Assembly (NCBI GenBank): GCA_964016885.1
Contig: OZ024740.1
Coordinates: forward strand, 320,912,001-320,976,000
DNA from: Eledone cirrhosa
Lineage: Eukaryota
Direction of reading: 5' to 3'
DNA: 64,000 nt
Shown: one piece after another, positions 11,127 to 25,100 of the stretch
How the letters are laid out: each line of letters starts with the position of its first letter
Position numbering within the stretch: the stretch's first letter is position 1
Position numbers and translations under genes: made by a program
Notes under the pieces: model-generated
What the model was told of the DNA's origin: nothing
Databases searched by the model: none
What the model saw: the letters and a program-made list of their open reading frames with translations, nothing else

Positions 11127-13249
11127 ATATATATATATATATATATATGAAGAGGGTGCTTCAACATGACTTCAGCCTTGATAGCTTAAGCAAACTAAAG
11201 AACTAATTGTGTATGTAAAATCTGTGTTACTGTTTTGTGAAGAACTTGCCTGATTTATAAAAAAAGCCCATCATTGACTACAATAGTGTTTAAAACTCAC
11301 ACATGCATACACAGAGAGGCATGTTTCATATAAATGATAATTGGTTACAATGATAATTAATGATAATTGGCTAGCTTTAAATTTTTACAAAGAACATCAT
11401 TATGTTTTCACCAGTAAGCGATCCTCCCGCTGTGTCTAAAAATGTTCTTTCTATTTAAGACTTCTATTTATAGAAAGATTGTTAACAAGGTAGATATTTT
11501 GGTCTTCGTTCTCGACACAATTCATTCTCTCTGTCAATCAAAGCATTTGCCATCTGTAATATATTTTCTTTCACTTGCAGGCTTACTACATACATGTATT
11601 AAATTTTCTTTTGATAGCACGTTGTTTCAGTACACAGACTAATATAAGGGAAGGTGTGTGTGTTTAATTAAATGTAACCCAGGGGTTATTTTTATTGTTT
11701 TAATATAAAAACGAAAAACAACTTCAATTCAATATTCATAAATGTACACTATAAAATTATTTAATTATAATAAGGTATATGTAATTTTTACTTCTTGTTT
11801 GATAGTGGAAGAGTATTTTGTCATGAACGTAGTGGTAGTACAGTATTTGGACTCTTAAATCGATGGTTTACTTGGTTTACTCTATATTCCTGTTTACCTG
11901 AAGAACATAGAAAATTATATCTTCATATATTTTTCCATTTTCTCAGCAAGTAGGATATTTGTTGGATATCTGAGATTGTCATTCTTATCAAAAGCTTATT
12001 CTTTAATCTCTTACTGGTTTCAGTCATTAGACCATTGCCAAGATGGGGCATTGCCTTGATAGTATTTTTTTAATTCTTTCTAATAACGGCTGTTCTTTGG
12101 GAATTCTTGAACAGCAAAACTAAAATATAATTTCAAAGAATGCTAAGCATATCTGCTTAATACTTTGTATGGCCAATTTATTCAGGCTTATTGAAGTCAT
12201 TTCTACAGTTCACAAACCAGATAACCGGGTTATTTTCAATTATTAGAGAAAAGTTGTGTGGATATGTATGTAGCTGTGTGTGTGTGTGAGAGAGAGAGAC
12301 AGAGTGGAGCAAGCAGCAGGCCTATTTCAAAGAAAAAAAAAGAAGAAATGGAAATCTGGGTTAGATAGAAATGGTTTACAATCAGGATGATTCTTACATA
12401 AAACTATGTGGAAAGATTTTTAGATAAATATAAACCCTTTAAAATATTGTAGAACTTGTTTTGGATTGTTTGGTATCAAAAAAGTTAAGCTGCTGCATGA
12501 TAAATCCCCTTGTTTAGGATACCTGTTTAAGTAACCATAGAAGGATTTGACATCTGTACTTAGTCACCGCTTGGAATACTTGACCATTAAGTGTTTTGTA
12601 TGATTGTGTCCTGAATATATTAGTGATGTGGAAAACGGACGTTAAACGAAGATGATGATGATGATGATGATGATGGTCCATGGTGAACCAATGACTGTTT
12701 ACATTAGTTGGCTAAGACCCTAATGACTAAGTCAGCATTCACTTCTACTTTAATATACAAAGCTGAGAAATTTGTGTCTTTACAATTTCTATTAAGAGAG
12801 TCAATTATTTGTGAAATAATGAGGTTTAGTATACACAATAAGGTTAACTAGAATGCTGCCAGTATATAACAGGCAACTTTAGGATTATTTTCCCCCCTGT
12901 GGGTAACATTAGTTAATGTTACATTGAAAAAAAAAATTATAATTTTATTTATTTATTTTAAAATAATGAAATTAATATTAGTTTTGAAAATAAAAATAGT
13001 TAAGCCAAATGACTTAGTTTTTATGTTGACTTTTCCATACTAGCATGATATACTGGGACTTTTTGAAGCAGTGTTTATGCCCTTCCTGACATCAACCCTT
13101 TTAGTTACTTATAACATGCAGATATACAGTGTACCTATTGTAAACTTTCTACTCACAGCCTTATATAAATATAATTAAATAAATATCTGGCTACATTTAG
13201 CTAAAATGATTCATAACATCATTCACACTCAAACATTTTGTAAATAGTA

Positions 13250-13724
13250 TTAACCCCTTAGTTACCAACCCGATCTAAACTGGCTCTGGTCCTATGAAAT
13301 AAAGCCACCCATTTCAAAGGTTTCCAACTTAATTGAAAATCTTCCAACATAATTTTATATAAGAATCTTATATTAACCCTTAGCATTTACATCTCTCTCT
13401 CTATTAAATGTTATTATTATATATAATTATATTTTCATGGTAAACGGCTTTACCTTACATAATATTAAATCTATGAAATTTTGATATTATTTATTTTGAG
13501 AACAGTACCTTAACATCAGTATGAGTGGCAGTTACAGTTGGTTTGAACAGAGAAAGGTGAGAGAATTCTGGCTGGATATGGCCAGTTTAAATTATAAAGG
13601 GTTAAGTTACTATCTTAGTAATGAAATAATTAATAATTTTAGTAAATCCCTCAAAATTCTTCAATAATTAATTATAATAGTGTGTATTTCATTAGAAATG
13701 TGGTCATGAAAGGGTTAGGGTTAA
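13250..13724. mobile_element. piggyBac-type MITE (outer; TTAA-CCC...GGG-TTAA) containing a nested second MITE
   Basis: TTAACCCCTTAGTTACCAA ... TGGTCATGAAAGGGTTAGGGTTAA; related uninterrupted copy at about 60914-61165. Confidence 0.65.
13373..13605. mobile_element. piggyBac-type MITE (inner)
   Basis: TTAACCCTTAGCATTT ... AAATTATAAAGGGTTAA; clearly homologous copy at 63363-63553. Confidence 0.75.
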
Positions 13725-14634
13725 CCAAATGACTGTAGATAAGAACAATTTACTATAAAAGCAAAACATATGTCTATTACTTCATAACTATTTTATTTAC
13801 TAGCATTCTTATATCAGTTTGGGAGCATGACAATCTCTCTAGTGTTGGTGCCATGATAAAATGCACTCGGTGCACTCTATGAAGTGGTTGGTGTCAGGGA
13901 TGGCATACAGCTGTAAAAAACCCTCTCAGTATCAGAACTTAGAGGATCAAGATGTGGTTCTCTAACCCAGTGAGTCACAAACCATGACAAGCTGTCTAAC
14001 CCTTGCCAGCATGCAAAGCAGACATGAAATAATGATGTTAATCTGAAAACAATATTAAGTCAACTTGATTGTTTTATATTCTAAGTTCTAGTGAAATGAT
14101 GTTTTGTACTTGTACTGGTACACTAAATAATAAGCATTTTGTTTCACTATTATCAATTTTATGTTTTTATCATGATCATCATCATTTCTAGACTGTTATG
14201 GGCTGGATGGATTGTCATGGTATGGGAGTAGATGCGCCAAAGCAACCAATCCTGTTTATTACGTTCCATATTTGGTATGGTTTCAATGGCTGGGTACCCT
14301 TCCTAATACCAACCACATTACAAGGTGTGCTGGGTGTGTTTTTCATGACACCAGCACAAGTGTGTTTTTCATGATACCAGCATTACCAATAAATGGACTG
14401 GGTGCATTTTATTTTGATACCAACACTAACACTTTACAGGGTATACTGGATGTATTTTATTATGACACCAAAACTAGAGAAGTTGTCACATGCTAGACCA
14501 GGCGGAGGGGGGTGACCTTTCCAATCCTATGTTGTCTTCGATTTTGATTGTCAAACTCTGTAGCCTCTAGTCTGTTGCAGTGCTTATACTGATGGACGTG
14601 TCTTTTGCATTTTAATTATATCACATCACCACTC

Positions 14635-14825
14635 AGCTCGGTCCTGTGTCATCTCCTGTTTCTTGAGGTCATGCTTCACAATTTCATACCATGTCATCCT
14701 CAGTCTCTCTCTCTTGCACAGATTCCATCCACCTCAAATGTTTGGCACTTTTTTTTAGACAACTCTTGCTCTCCTTATGCATCACATGCTCATACCAATG
14801 CAATTGTCTCTCTTGCACGCTATAT
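14635..14825 (-). mobile_element. RTE-clade LINE 3' fragment
   Basis: Reverse complement reads VQERQLHWYEHVM..KKCQTFEVDGICAR..MTWYEIVKHDL, homologous to 10860-11020. Confidence 0.7.
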
Positions 14826-14996
14826 TCAGTTCCTCTTTGACTGAATCTGGCTTAGAATGGAGTCAAACTTGAAGTGAAGCTTCTATCAAATTTTAACTTT
14901 CAAATGATCAAGAAAAAGAAAAGTAACTGTAAAGGCCCTCAAATGTCTGTTAATCTAGTTTGGGAAGTATCTTAACACTTCAGTAATATATACCGG

Positions 14997-15425
14997 TTAT
15001 AATAATAATGAAATTGTGTTCAGTGCTCAAGTGCACTACAGCTGATCAAAAGTGCATGTATAGTACATAGAATAATGTACAAGTGTCAGGAAAGTGAACA
15101 GTGTATGAGTCATGATATACACACAGATACATGCATGCGTGTGTACGGAGGCGAAATATCAGGTGTAGTGTTGGCAAATTTCGGGAAGCATGAAGGTTTT
15201 GAAGGATGCAGTGTCCCGACAGCTAACAGCCGTTGCAGGTAGTTTGTTCCATGCTTCAACAACTCTGAGCGTGAAAAAATGTTTCCGAAAGTCATGGGAG
15301 CTGTACTGTTTTCTGACTTGGTAGGCACACCCACCTGGTACTCTCTGTAAGATGTTTGCTCAAACAAAGTGAATGCTTTAATTTTATCAAGGACTTGACA
15401 ACTTCTGAAATGCTGGTACCACAAT
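14997..15425 (-). mobile_element. CR1-clade LINE 3' end with (ATT)n tail
   Basis: Minus strand encodes ..VRKQYSSHDFRKHFFTLRVVEAWNKLPATAVSCRDTASFK, matching the CR1-type FFxxRVVxxWNxLP C-terminal motif. Confidence 0.85.
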
Positions 15426-16169
15426 ATTGCACCCAGTACACTTCATTAATTGATTGGCATTAGGAAAGGTATTCCACTCTAGAAGCCATGCCAAAAATGG
15501 GACATGTGTACAATGTAGTCCCCCAACTCAACTAGGAGTAGAGTAACACTGAAAAATGTCTGATTTGGATCGTAATGACCCATCCAATCTATGCCAGCCT
15601 GGAAAGTAAACAGAGCAAGGTCGATGATATATCTTGCGTATATACTTAATAACCTAAATTGATATAAAATGAAAGAAAAAATAAATACTTTCTTCTGATC
15701 ATATAAAATATAAAGATATTAGATTAGTTTAGTTGAAATCAACAAACTTACTTCCCCATAAGTACTTACTGGTTTATGATTTATTCCAAGTTACAAGAAA
15801 AAGAGGTAGTTTAAAAAATTAACTGAAATAAGTCTTTTGATATCAACTTGCTTGAAATTTTTATTACTTCTTCCCCCACTCTCAACAGTATCCTTTATGC
15901 ACTGATACTCTGTAAAGTAGGGCACTTGGCCTGTCTATACATGATCCCTCTACCATCACTCATTATAAACTTGGAACATTTAATAAAATAATAATAAACA
16001 TCTAAAAGAAAATTAACTGGGGGTTAGCACAGATATATATTTATGACTAAGAATGCCTTTTGAGAAAAATACTGAAGTGGGGTATTATCTGCTATAAATG
16101 AGAGAGTGGACACTGAAGTGGCTGAATATCACTGGTCATGTATCAACTAACTAGATACAACACAACATT

Positions 16170-19100
16170 CTGTCAACCTTTGGTCATATGTCAACTACAC
16201 AGCTGTCCTCCATCTATATAACAACACTGTCTACTTTTAGTCATGTCAACTACACAGCTGTCCTAATCTATATAACACTGTCTACCTTTGGTCATGTCAA
16301 CTACACAGCTGTCCTCCATCTATATAACAACACTGTCTACCTTTGGTCATGTCAACTACACAGCTGTCCTCCATCTATATAACAACACTGTCTACCTTTA
16401 GTCATGTCAACTACACAGCTGTCCTCCATCTATATAACACTGTCTACCTTGGTCATGTCAACTACACAGCTGTCCTCCATCTATATAACATTGTCTACTT
16501 TTAGTCATGTCAACTACACAGGTGTCCCCATCTATACAACACTGTCTACCTTTAGTCATGTCAACTACACAGCTGTCCTCCATCTATATAACACTGTCTA
16601 CCTTTAGTCATGTCAACTACACAGCTGTCCTCCATCTATATAACACTGTCTACCTTTGGCCATGTCAACTACACAGCTGTCCTCCATCTATATAACACTG
16701 TCTACCTTTGGTCATGTCAACTACACAGCTGTCCTCCATCTATATAACATTGTCTACTTTTAGTCATGTCAACTACACAGGTGTCCCCATCTATACAACA
16801 CTGTCTACCTTTGGTCATGTCAACTACACAGCTGTCCTCCATCTATATAACACTGTCTACCTTTGATCGTGTCAACTACACAGCTGTCCTCCATCTATAT
16901 AACACTGTCTACCTTTGGCCATGTCAACCACACAGCTGTCCTCCATCTGTATAACACTGTCTACCTTTGGTCATGTCAACTACACAGCTGTCCTCATCTA
17001 TATAACAGTCTACCTTTGGTCATGTCAACTACACAGCTGTCCTCATCTATATAACAGTCTACCTTTAGTCATGTCAACTACACAGCTGTCCTCCATCGAT
17101 ATAACACTGTCTACCTTTAGTCATGCCAACTACACAGCTGTCCTCATCTATATAACACTGTGTACCTTTGGTCATGTCAACTACACAGCTGTCCTCCATC
17201 TATATAACACTGTCTACTGTTGGTCATGTCAACTACACAGCTGTCCTCATCTATATAACACTGTCTACCTTTGGTCATATCAACTACACAGGTGTCCTCC
17301 ATCTATATAACACTGTCTACCTTTGGCCATGTCAACTACACAGCTGTCCTCCATCGATATAACACTGTCTACCTTTAGTCATGCCAACTACACAGCTGTC
17401 CTCATCTATATAACACTGTCTACCTTTAGTCATGTCAACTACACAGCTGTCCTCCATCTATATAACAGTCTACCTTTGGTCATGTCAACTACACAGCTGT
17501 CCTCCATCTATATAACACTGTGTACCTTTGGTCATGTCAACTACACAGCTGTCCTCCATCTATATAACACTGTCTACCTTTAGTCATGTCAACTACACAG
17601 CTGTCCTCCATCTATATAACACTGTCTACCTTTGGTCATGTCAACTACACAGCTGTCCTCCATCTATATAACACTGTCTACCTTTGGTCATGTCAACTAC
17701 ACAGCTGTCCTCCATCTATATAACACTGTCTACCTTTAGTCATGTCAACTACACAGCTGTCCTCCATCTATATAACACTGTCTACCTTTGGTCATGTCAA
17801 CTACACAGCTGTCCTCCATCTATATAACACTGTCTACCTTTGGTCATGTCAACTACACAGCTGTCCTTCATCTATATAACACTGTCTACCTTTAGTCATG
17901 TCAACTACACAGCTGTCCTCCATCTATATAACACTGTCTACCTTTAGTCATGTCAGCTACACAGCTGTCCTCCATCTATATAACACTGTCTACCTTTAGT
18001 CATGTGAACTACACAGCTGTCCTCCATCGATATAACACTGTCTACCTTTAGTCATGTCAACTACACAGCTGTCCCCCATCTATATAACACTGTCTACCTT
18101 TGGTCATGCCAACTACACAGCTGTCCTCATCTATATAACAGTCTACCTTTGGTCATGCCAACTACACAGCTGTCCTCCATCTATATAACACTGTCTACCT
18201 TTGGCCATGTCAACTACACAGCTGTCCTCATCTATATAACACTATACCTTTGGTCATGTCAACTACACAGCTGTCCTCCATCTATATAACACTGTCTACT
18301 GTTGGTCATGTCAACTACACAGCTGTCCTCATCTATATAACACTGTCTACCTTTGATCGTGTCAACTACACAGCTGTCCTCCATCTATATAACACTGTCT
18401 ACCTTTGGCCATGTCAACCACACAGCTGTCCTCCATCTGTATAACACTGTCTACCTTTGGTCATGTCAACTACACAGCTGTCCTCATCTATATAACAGTC
18501 TACCTTTGGTCATGTCAACTACACAGCTGTCCTCATCTATATAACAGTCTACCTTTAGTCATGTCAACTACACAGCTGTCCTCCATCGATATAACACTGT
18601 CTACCTTTAGTCATGCCAACTACACAGCTGTCCTCATCTATATAACACTGTGTACCTTTGGTCATGTCAACTACACAGCTGTCCTCCATCTATATAACAC
18701 TGTCTACTGTTGGTCATGTCAACTACACAGCTGTCCTCATCTATATAACACTGTCTACCTTTGGTCATATCAACTACACAGGTGTCCTCCATCTATATAA
18801 CACTGTCTACCTTTGGCCATGTCAACTACACAGCTGTCCTCCATCGATATAACACTGTCTACCTTTAGTCATGCCAACTACACAGCTGTCCTCATCTATA
18901 TAACACTGTCTACCTTTAGTCATGTCAACTACACAGCTGTCCTCCATCTATATAACAGTCTACCTTTGGTCATGTCAACTACACAGCTGTCCTCCATCTA
19001 TATAACACTGTGTACCTTTGGTCATGTCAACTACACAGCTGTCCTCCATCTATATAACACTGTCTACCTTTAGTCATGTCAACTACACAGCTGTCCTCCA

Positions 19101-22100
19101 TCTATATAACACTGTCTACCTTTGGTCATGTCAACTACACAGCTGTCCTCCATCTATATAACACTGTCTACCTTTGGTCATGTCAACTACACAGCTGTCC
19201 TCCATCTATATAACACTGTCTACCTTTAGTCATGTCAACTACAGAGCTGTCCTCCATCTATATAACAACACTGTCTACCTTTAGTCATGTCAACTACACA
19301 GCTGTCCTCCATCTATATAACACTGTCTACCTTTGGTCAAGTCAACTACACAGCTGTCCTCCATCTATATAACAACACTGTCTACTTTTAGTCATGTAAA
19401 CTACACAGGTGTCCCCATCTATACAACACTGTCTATCTTTGGTCATGTCAACTACACAGCTGTCCTCCATCGATATAACACTGTCTACCTTTAGTCATGC
19501 CAACTACACAGCTGTCCTCATCTATATAACACTGTCTACCTTTGGTCATATCAACTACACAGGTGTCCTCCATCTATATAACACTGTCTACTGTTGGTCA
19601 TGTCAACTACACAGCTGTCCTCATCTATATAACACTGTCTACCTTTGGTCATATCAACTACACAGGTGTCCTCCATCTATATAACACTGTCTACCTTTGG
19701 CCATGTCAACTACACAGCTGTCCTCCATCGATATAACACTGTCTACCTTTAGTCATGCCAACTACACAGCTGTCCTCATCTATATAACACTGTCTACCTT
19801 TAGTCATGTCAACTACACAGCTGTCCTCCATCTATATAACAGTCTACCTTTGGTCATGTCAACTACACAGCTGTCCTCCATCTATATAACACTGTGTACC
19901 TTTGGTCATGTCAACTACACAGCTGTCCTCCATCTATATAACACAGTCTACCTTTAGTCATGTCAACTACACAGCTGTCCTCCATCTATATAACACTGTC
20001 TACCTTTAGTCATGTCAACTACACAGCTGTCCTCCATCTATATAACACTGTCTACCTTTAGTCATGTCAGCTACACAGCTGTCCTCCATCTATATAACAC
20101 TGTCTACCTTTAGTCATGTGAACTACACAGCTGTCCTCCATCGATATAACACTGTCTACCTTTAGTCATGTCAACTACACAGCTGTCCCCCATCTATATA
20201 ACACTGTCTACCTTTGGTCATGCCAACTACACAGCTGTCCTCATCTATATAACAGTCTACCTTTGGTCATGCCAACTACACAGCTGTCCTCCATCTATAT
20301 AACACTTTCTACCTTTGGCCATGTCAACTACACAGCTGTCCTCATCTATATAACACTATACCTTTGGTCATGTCAACTACACAGCTGTCCTCCATCTATA
20401 TAACACTGTCTACTGTTGGTCATGTCAACTACACAGCTGTCCTCATCTATATAACACTGTCTACCTTTGATCGTGTCAACTACACAGCTGTCCTCCATCT
20501 ATATAACACTGTCTACCTTTGGCCATGTCAACCACACAGCTGTCCTCCATCTGTATAACACTGTCTACCTTTGGTCATGTCAACTACACAGCTGTCCTCA
20601 TCTATATAACACTGTCTACCTTTGGTCATATCAACTACACAGGTGTCCTCCATCTATATAACACTGTCTACCTTTGGCCATGTCAACTACACAGCTGTCC
20701 TCCATCGATATAACACTGTCTACCTTTAGTCATGCCAACTACACAGCTGTCCTCATCTATATAACACTGTCTACCTTTAGTCATGTCAACTACACAGCTG
20801 TCCTCCATCTATATAACAGTCTACCTTTGGTCATGTCAACTACACAGCTGTCCTCCATCTATATAACACTGTGTACCTTTGGTCATGTCAACTACACAGC
20901 TGTCCTCCATCTATATAACACTGTCTACCTTTAGTCATGTCAACTACACAGCTGTCCTCCATCTATATAACACTGTCTACCTTTGGTCATGTCAACTACA
21001 CAGCTGTCCTCCATCTATATAACACTGTCTACCTTTGGTCATGTCAACTACACAGCTGTCCTCCATCTATATAACACTGTCTACCTTTAGTCATGTCAAC
21101 TACAGAGCTGTCCTCCATCTATATAACAACACTGTCTACCTTTAGTCATGTCAACTACACAGCTGTCCTCCATCTATATAACACTGTCTACCTTTGGTCA
21201 AGTCAACTACACAGCTGTCCTCCATCTATATAACAACACTGTCTACTTTTAGTCATGTAAACTACACAGGTGTCCCCATCTATACAACACTGTCTATCTT
21301 TGGTCATGTCAACTACACAGCTGTCCTCCATCGATATAACACTGTCTACCTTTAGTCATGCCAACTACACAGCTGTCCTCATCTATATAACACTGTCTAC
21401 CTTTGGTCATATCAACTACACAGGTGTCCTCCATCTATATAACACTGTCTACCTTTGGCCATGTCAACTACACAGCTGTCCTCCATCGATATAACACTGT
21501 CTACCTTTGGTCAAGTCAACTACACAGCTGTCCTCCATCTATATAACACTGTGTACCTTTGGTCATGTCAACTACACAGCTGTCCTCCATCTATATAACA
21601 CTGTCTACCTTTGGTCATGTCAACTACACAGCTGTCCCCATCTATACAACACTGTCTACCTTTGGTCATGTCAACTACACAGCTGTCCTCCATCTATATA
21701 ACACTGTCTACCTTTGGTCGTGTCAACTACACAGCTGTCCTCCATCTATATAACACTGTCTACCTTTGGCCATGTCAACCACACAGCTGTCCTCCATCTG
21801 TATAACACTGTCTACCTTTGGTCATGTCAACTACACAGCTGTCCTCATCTATATAACAGTCTACCTTTGGTCATGTCAACTACACAGCTGTCCTCATCTA
21901 TATAACAGTCTACCTTTAGTCATGTCAACTACACAGCTGTCCTCCATCGATATAACACTGTCTACCTTTAGTCATGCCAACTACACAGCTGTCCTCATCT
22001 ATATAACACTGTGTACCTTTGGTCATGTCAACTACACAGCTGTCCTCCATCTATATAACACTGTCTACTGTTGGTCATGTCAACTACACAGCTGTCCTCA

Positions 22101-25100
22101 TCTATATAACACTGTCTACCTTTGGTCATATCAACTACACAGGTGTCCTCCATCTATATAACACTGTCTACCTTTGGCCATGTCAACTACACAGCTGTCC
22201 TCCATCGATATAACACTGTCTACCTTTAGTCATGCCAACTACACAGCTGTCCTCATCTATATAACACTGTCTACCTTTAGTCATGTCAACTACACAGCTG
22301 TCCTCCATCTATATAACAGTCTACCTTTGGTCATGTCAACTACACAGCTGTCCTCCATCTATATAACACTGTGTACCTTTGGTCATGTCAACTACACAGC
22401 TGTCCTCCATCTATATAACACTGTCTACCTTTAGTCATGTCAACTACACAGCTGTCCTCCATCTATATAACACTGTCTACCTTTGGTCATGTCAACTACA
22501 CAGCTGTCCTCCATCTATATAACACTGTCTACCTTTGGTCATGTCAACTACACAGCTGTCCTCCATCTATATAACACTGTCTACCTTTAGTCATGTCAAC
22601 TACACAGCTGTCCTCCATCTATATAACACTGTCTACCTTTAGTCATGTCAGCTACACAGCTGTCCTCCATCTATATAACACTGTCTACCTTTAGTCATGT
22701 GAACTACACAGCTGTCCTCCATCGATATAACACTGTCTACCTTTAGTCATGTCAACTACACAGCTGTCCCCCATCTATATAACACTGTCTACCTTTGGTC
22801 ATGCCAACTACACAGCTGTCCTCATCTATATAACAGTCTACCTTTGGTCATGCCAACTACACAGCTGTCCTCCATCTATATAACACTGTCTACCTTTGGC
22901 CATGTCAACTACACAGCTGTCCTCATCTATATAACACTATACCTTTGGTCATGTCAACTACACAGCTGTCCTCCATCTATATAACACTGTCTACTGTTGG
23001 TCATGTCAACTACACAGCTGTCCTCATCTATATAACACTGTCTACCTTTGGTCATATCAACTACACAGGTGTCCTCCATCTATATAACACTGTCTACCTT
23101 TGGCCATGTCAACTACACAGCTGTCCTCCATCGATATAACACTGTCTACCTTTAGTCATGCCAACTACACAGTTGTCCTCATCTATATAACACTGTCTAC
23201 CTTTAGTCATGTCAACTACACAGCTGTCCTCCATCTATATAACAGTCTACCTTTGGTCATGTCAACTACACAGCTGTCCTCCATCTATATAACACTGTGT
23301 ACCTTTAGTCATGTCAACTACACAGCTGTCCTCCATCTATATAACACTGTCTACCTTTAGTCATGTCAACTACACAGCTGTCCTCCATCTATATAACACT
23401 GTCTACCTTTGGTCATGTCAACTACACAGCTGTCCTCCATCTATATAACACTGTCTACCTTTGGTCATGTCAACTACACAGCTGTCCTCCATCTATATAA
23501 CACTGTCTACCTTTAGTCATGTCAACTACACAGCTGTCCTCCATCTATATAACACTGTCTACCTTTAGTCATGTCAACTACACAGCTGTCCTCCATCTAT
23601 ATAACACTGTCTACCTTTAGTCATGTCAACTACACAGCTGTCCTCCATCTATATAACACTGTCTACCTTTAGTCATGTGAACTACACAGCTGTCCTCCAT
23701 CGATATAACACTGTCTACCTTTAGTCATGTCAACTACACAGCTGTCCCCCATCTATATAACACTGTCTACCTTTGGTCATGCCAACTACACAGCTGTCCT
23801 CGTCTATATAACAGTCTACCTTTGGTCATGCCAACTACACAGCTGTCCTCCATCTATATAACACTGTCTACCTTTAGCCATGTCAACTACACAGCTGTCC
23901 TCATCTAAATAACACTGTCTACTGTTGGTCATGTCAACTACACAGCTGTCCTCCATCTATATAACAACACTGTCTACCTTTGGTCATGTCAACTACACAG
24001 CTGTCCTCCATCTATATAACACTGTCTACTGTTGGTCATGTCAACTACACAGCTGTCGTCCATCTTTATAACACTGTCTACTGTTGGTCATGTCAACTAC
24101 ACAGCTGTCCTCCATCTATATAACAACACTGTCTACCTTTAGTCATGTCAACTACACAGCTGTCCTCCATCTATATAACACTGTCTACCTTTGGTCAAGT
24201 CAACTACACAGCTGTCCTCCATCTATATAACAACAGTCTACTTTTAGTCATGTAAACTACACAGGTGTCCCCATCTATACAACACTGTCTATCTTTGGTC
24301 ATGTCAACTACACAGCTGTCCTCCATCTATATAACACTGTCTACCTTTGGTCATGTCAACTACACAGCTGTCCCCATCTATATAACAGTCTACCTTTGGC
24401 CATGTCAACTACACAGCTGTCCTCCATCTATATAACACTGTCTACCTTTAGTCATGTCAACTACACAGCTGTCCTCCATCTATATAACACTGTCTACCTT
24501 TGGCCATGTCAACCACACAGCTGTCCTCCATCTGTATAACACTGTCTACCTTTGGTCATGTCAACTACACAGCTGTCCTCATCTATATAACAGTCTACCT
24601 TTGGTCATGTCAACTACACAGCTGTCCTCCATCGATATAACACTGTCTACCTTTAGTCATGCCAACTACACAGCTGTCCTCATCTATATAACACTGTGTA
24701 CCTTTGGTCATGTCAACTACACAGCTGTCCTCCATCTATATAACACTGTCTACTTTTGGTCATGTCAACAACACAGCTGTCCTCATCTATATAACACTGT
24801 CTACCTTTGGTCATATCAACTACACAGGTGTCCTCCATCTATATAACACTGTCTACCTTTGGCCATGTCAACTACACAGCTGTCCTCCATCGATATAACA
24901 CTGTCTACCTTTAGTCATGCCAACTACACAGCTGTACTCATCTATATAACACTGTCTACCTTTAGTCATGTCAACTACACAGCTGTCCTCCATCTATATA
25001 ACAGTCTACCTTTGGTCATGTCAACTACACAGCTGTCCTCCATCTATATAGCACTGTGTACCTTTGGTCATGTCAACTACACAGCTGTCCTCCATCTATA

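Noticed and set aside
13711-13724. Interstitial telomeric repeat (AGGGTTAGGGTTAA)
   Set aside because: Only about two units, and explained as the end of the piggyBac-type MITE.
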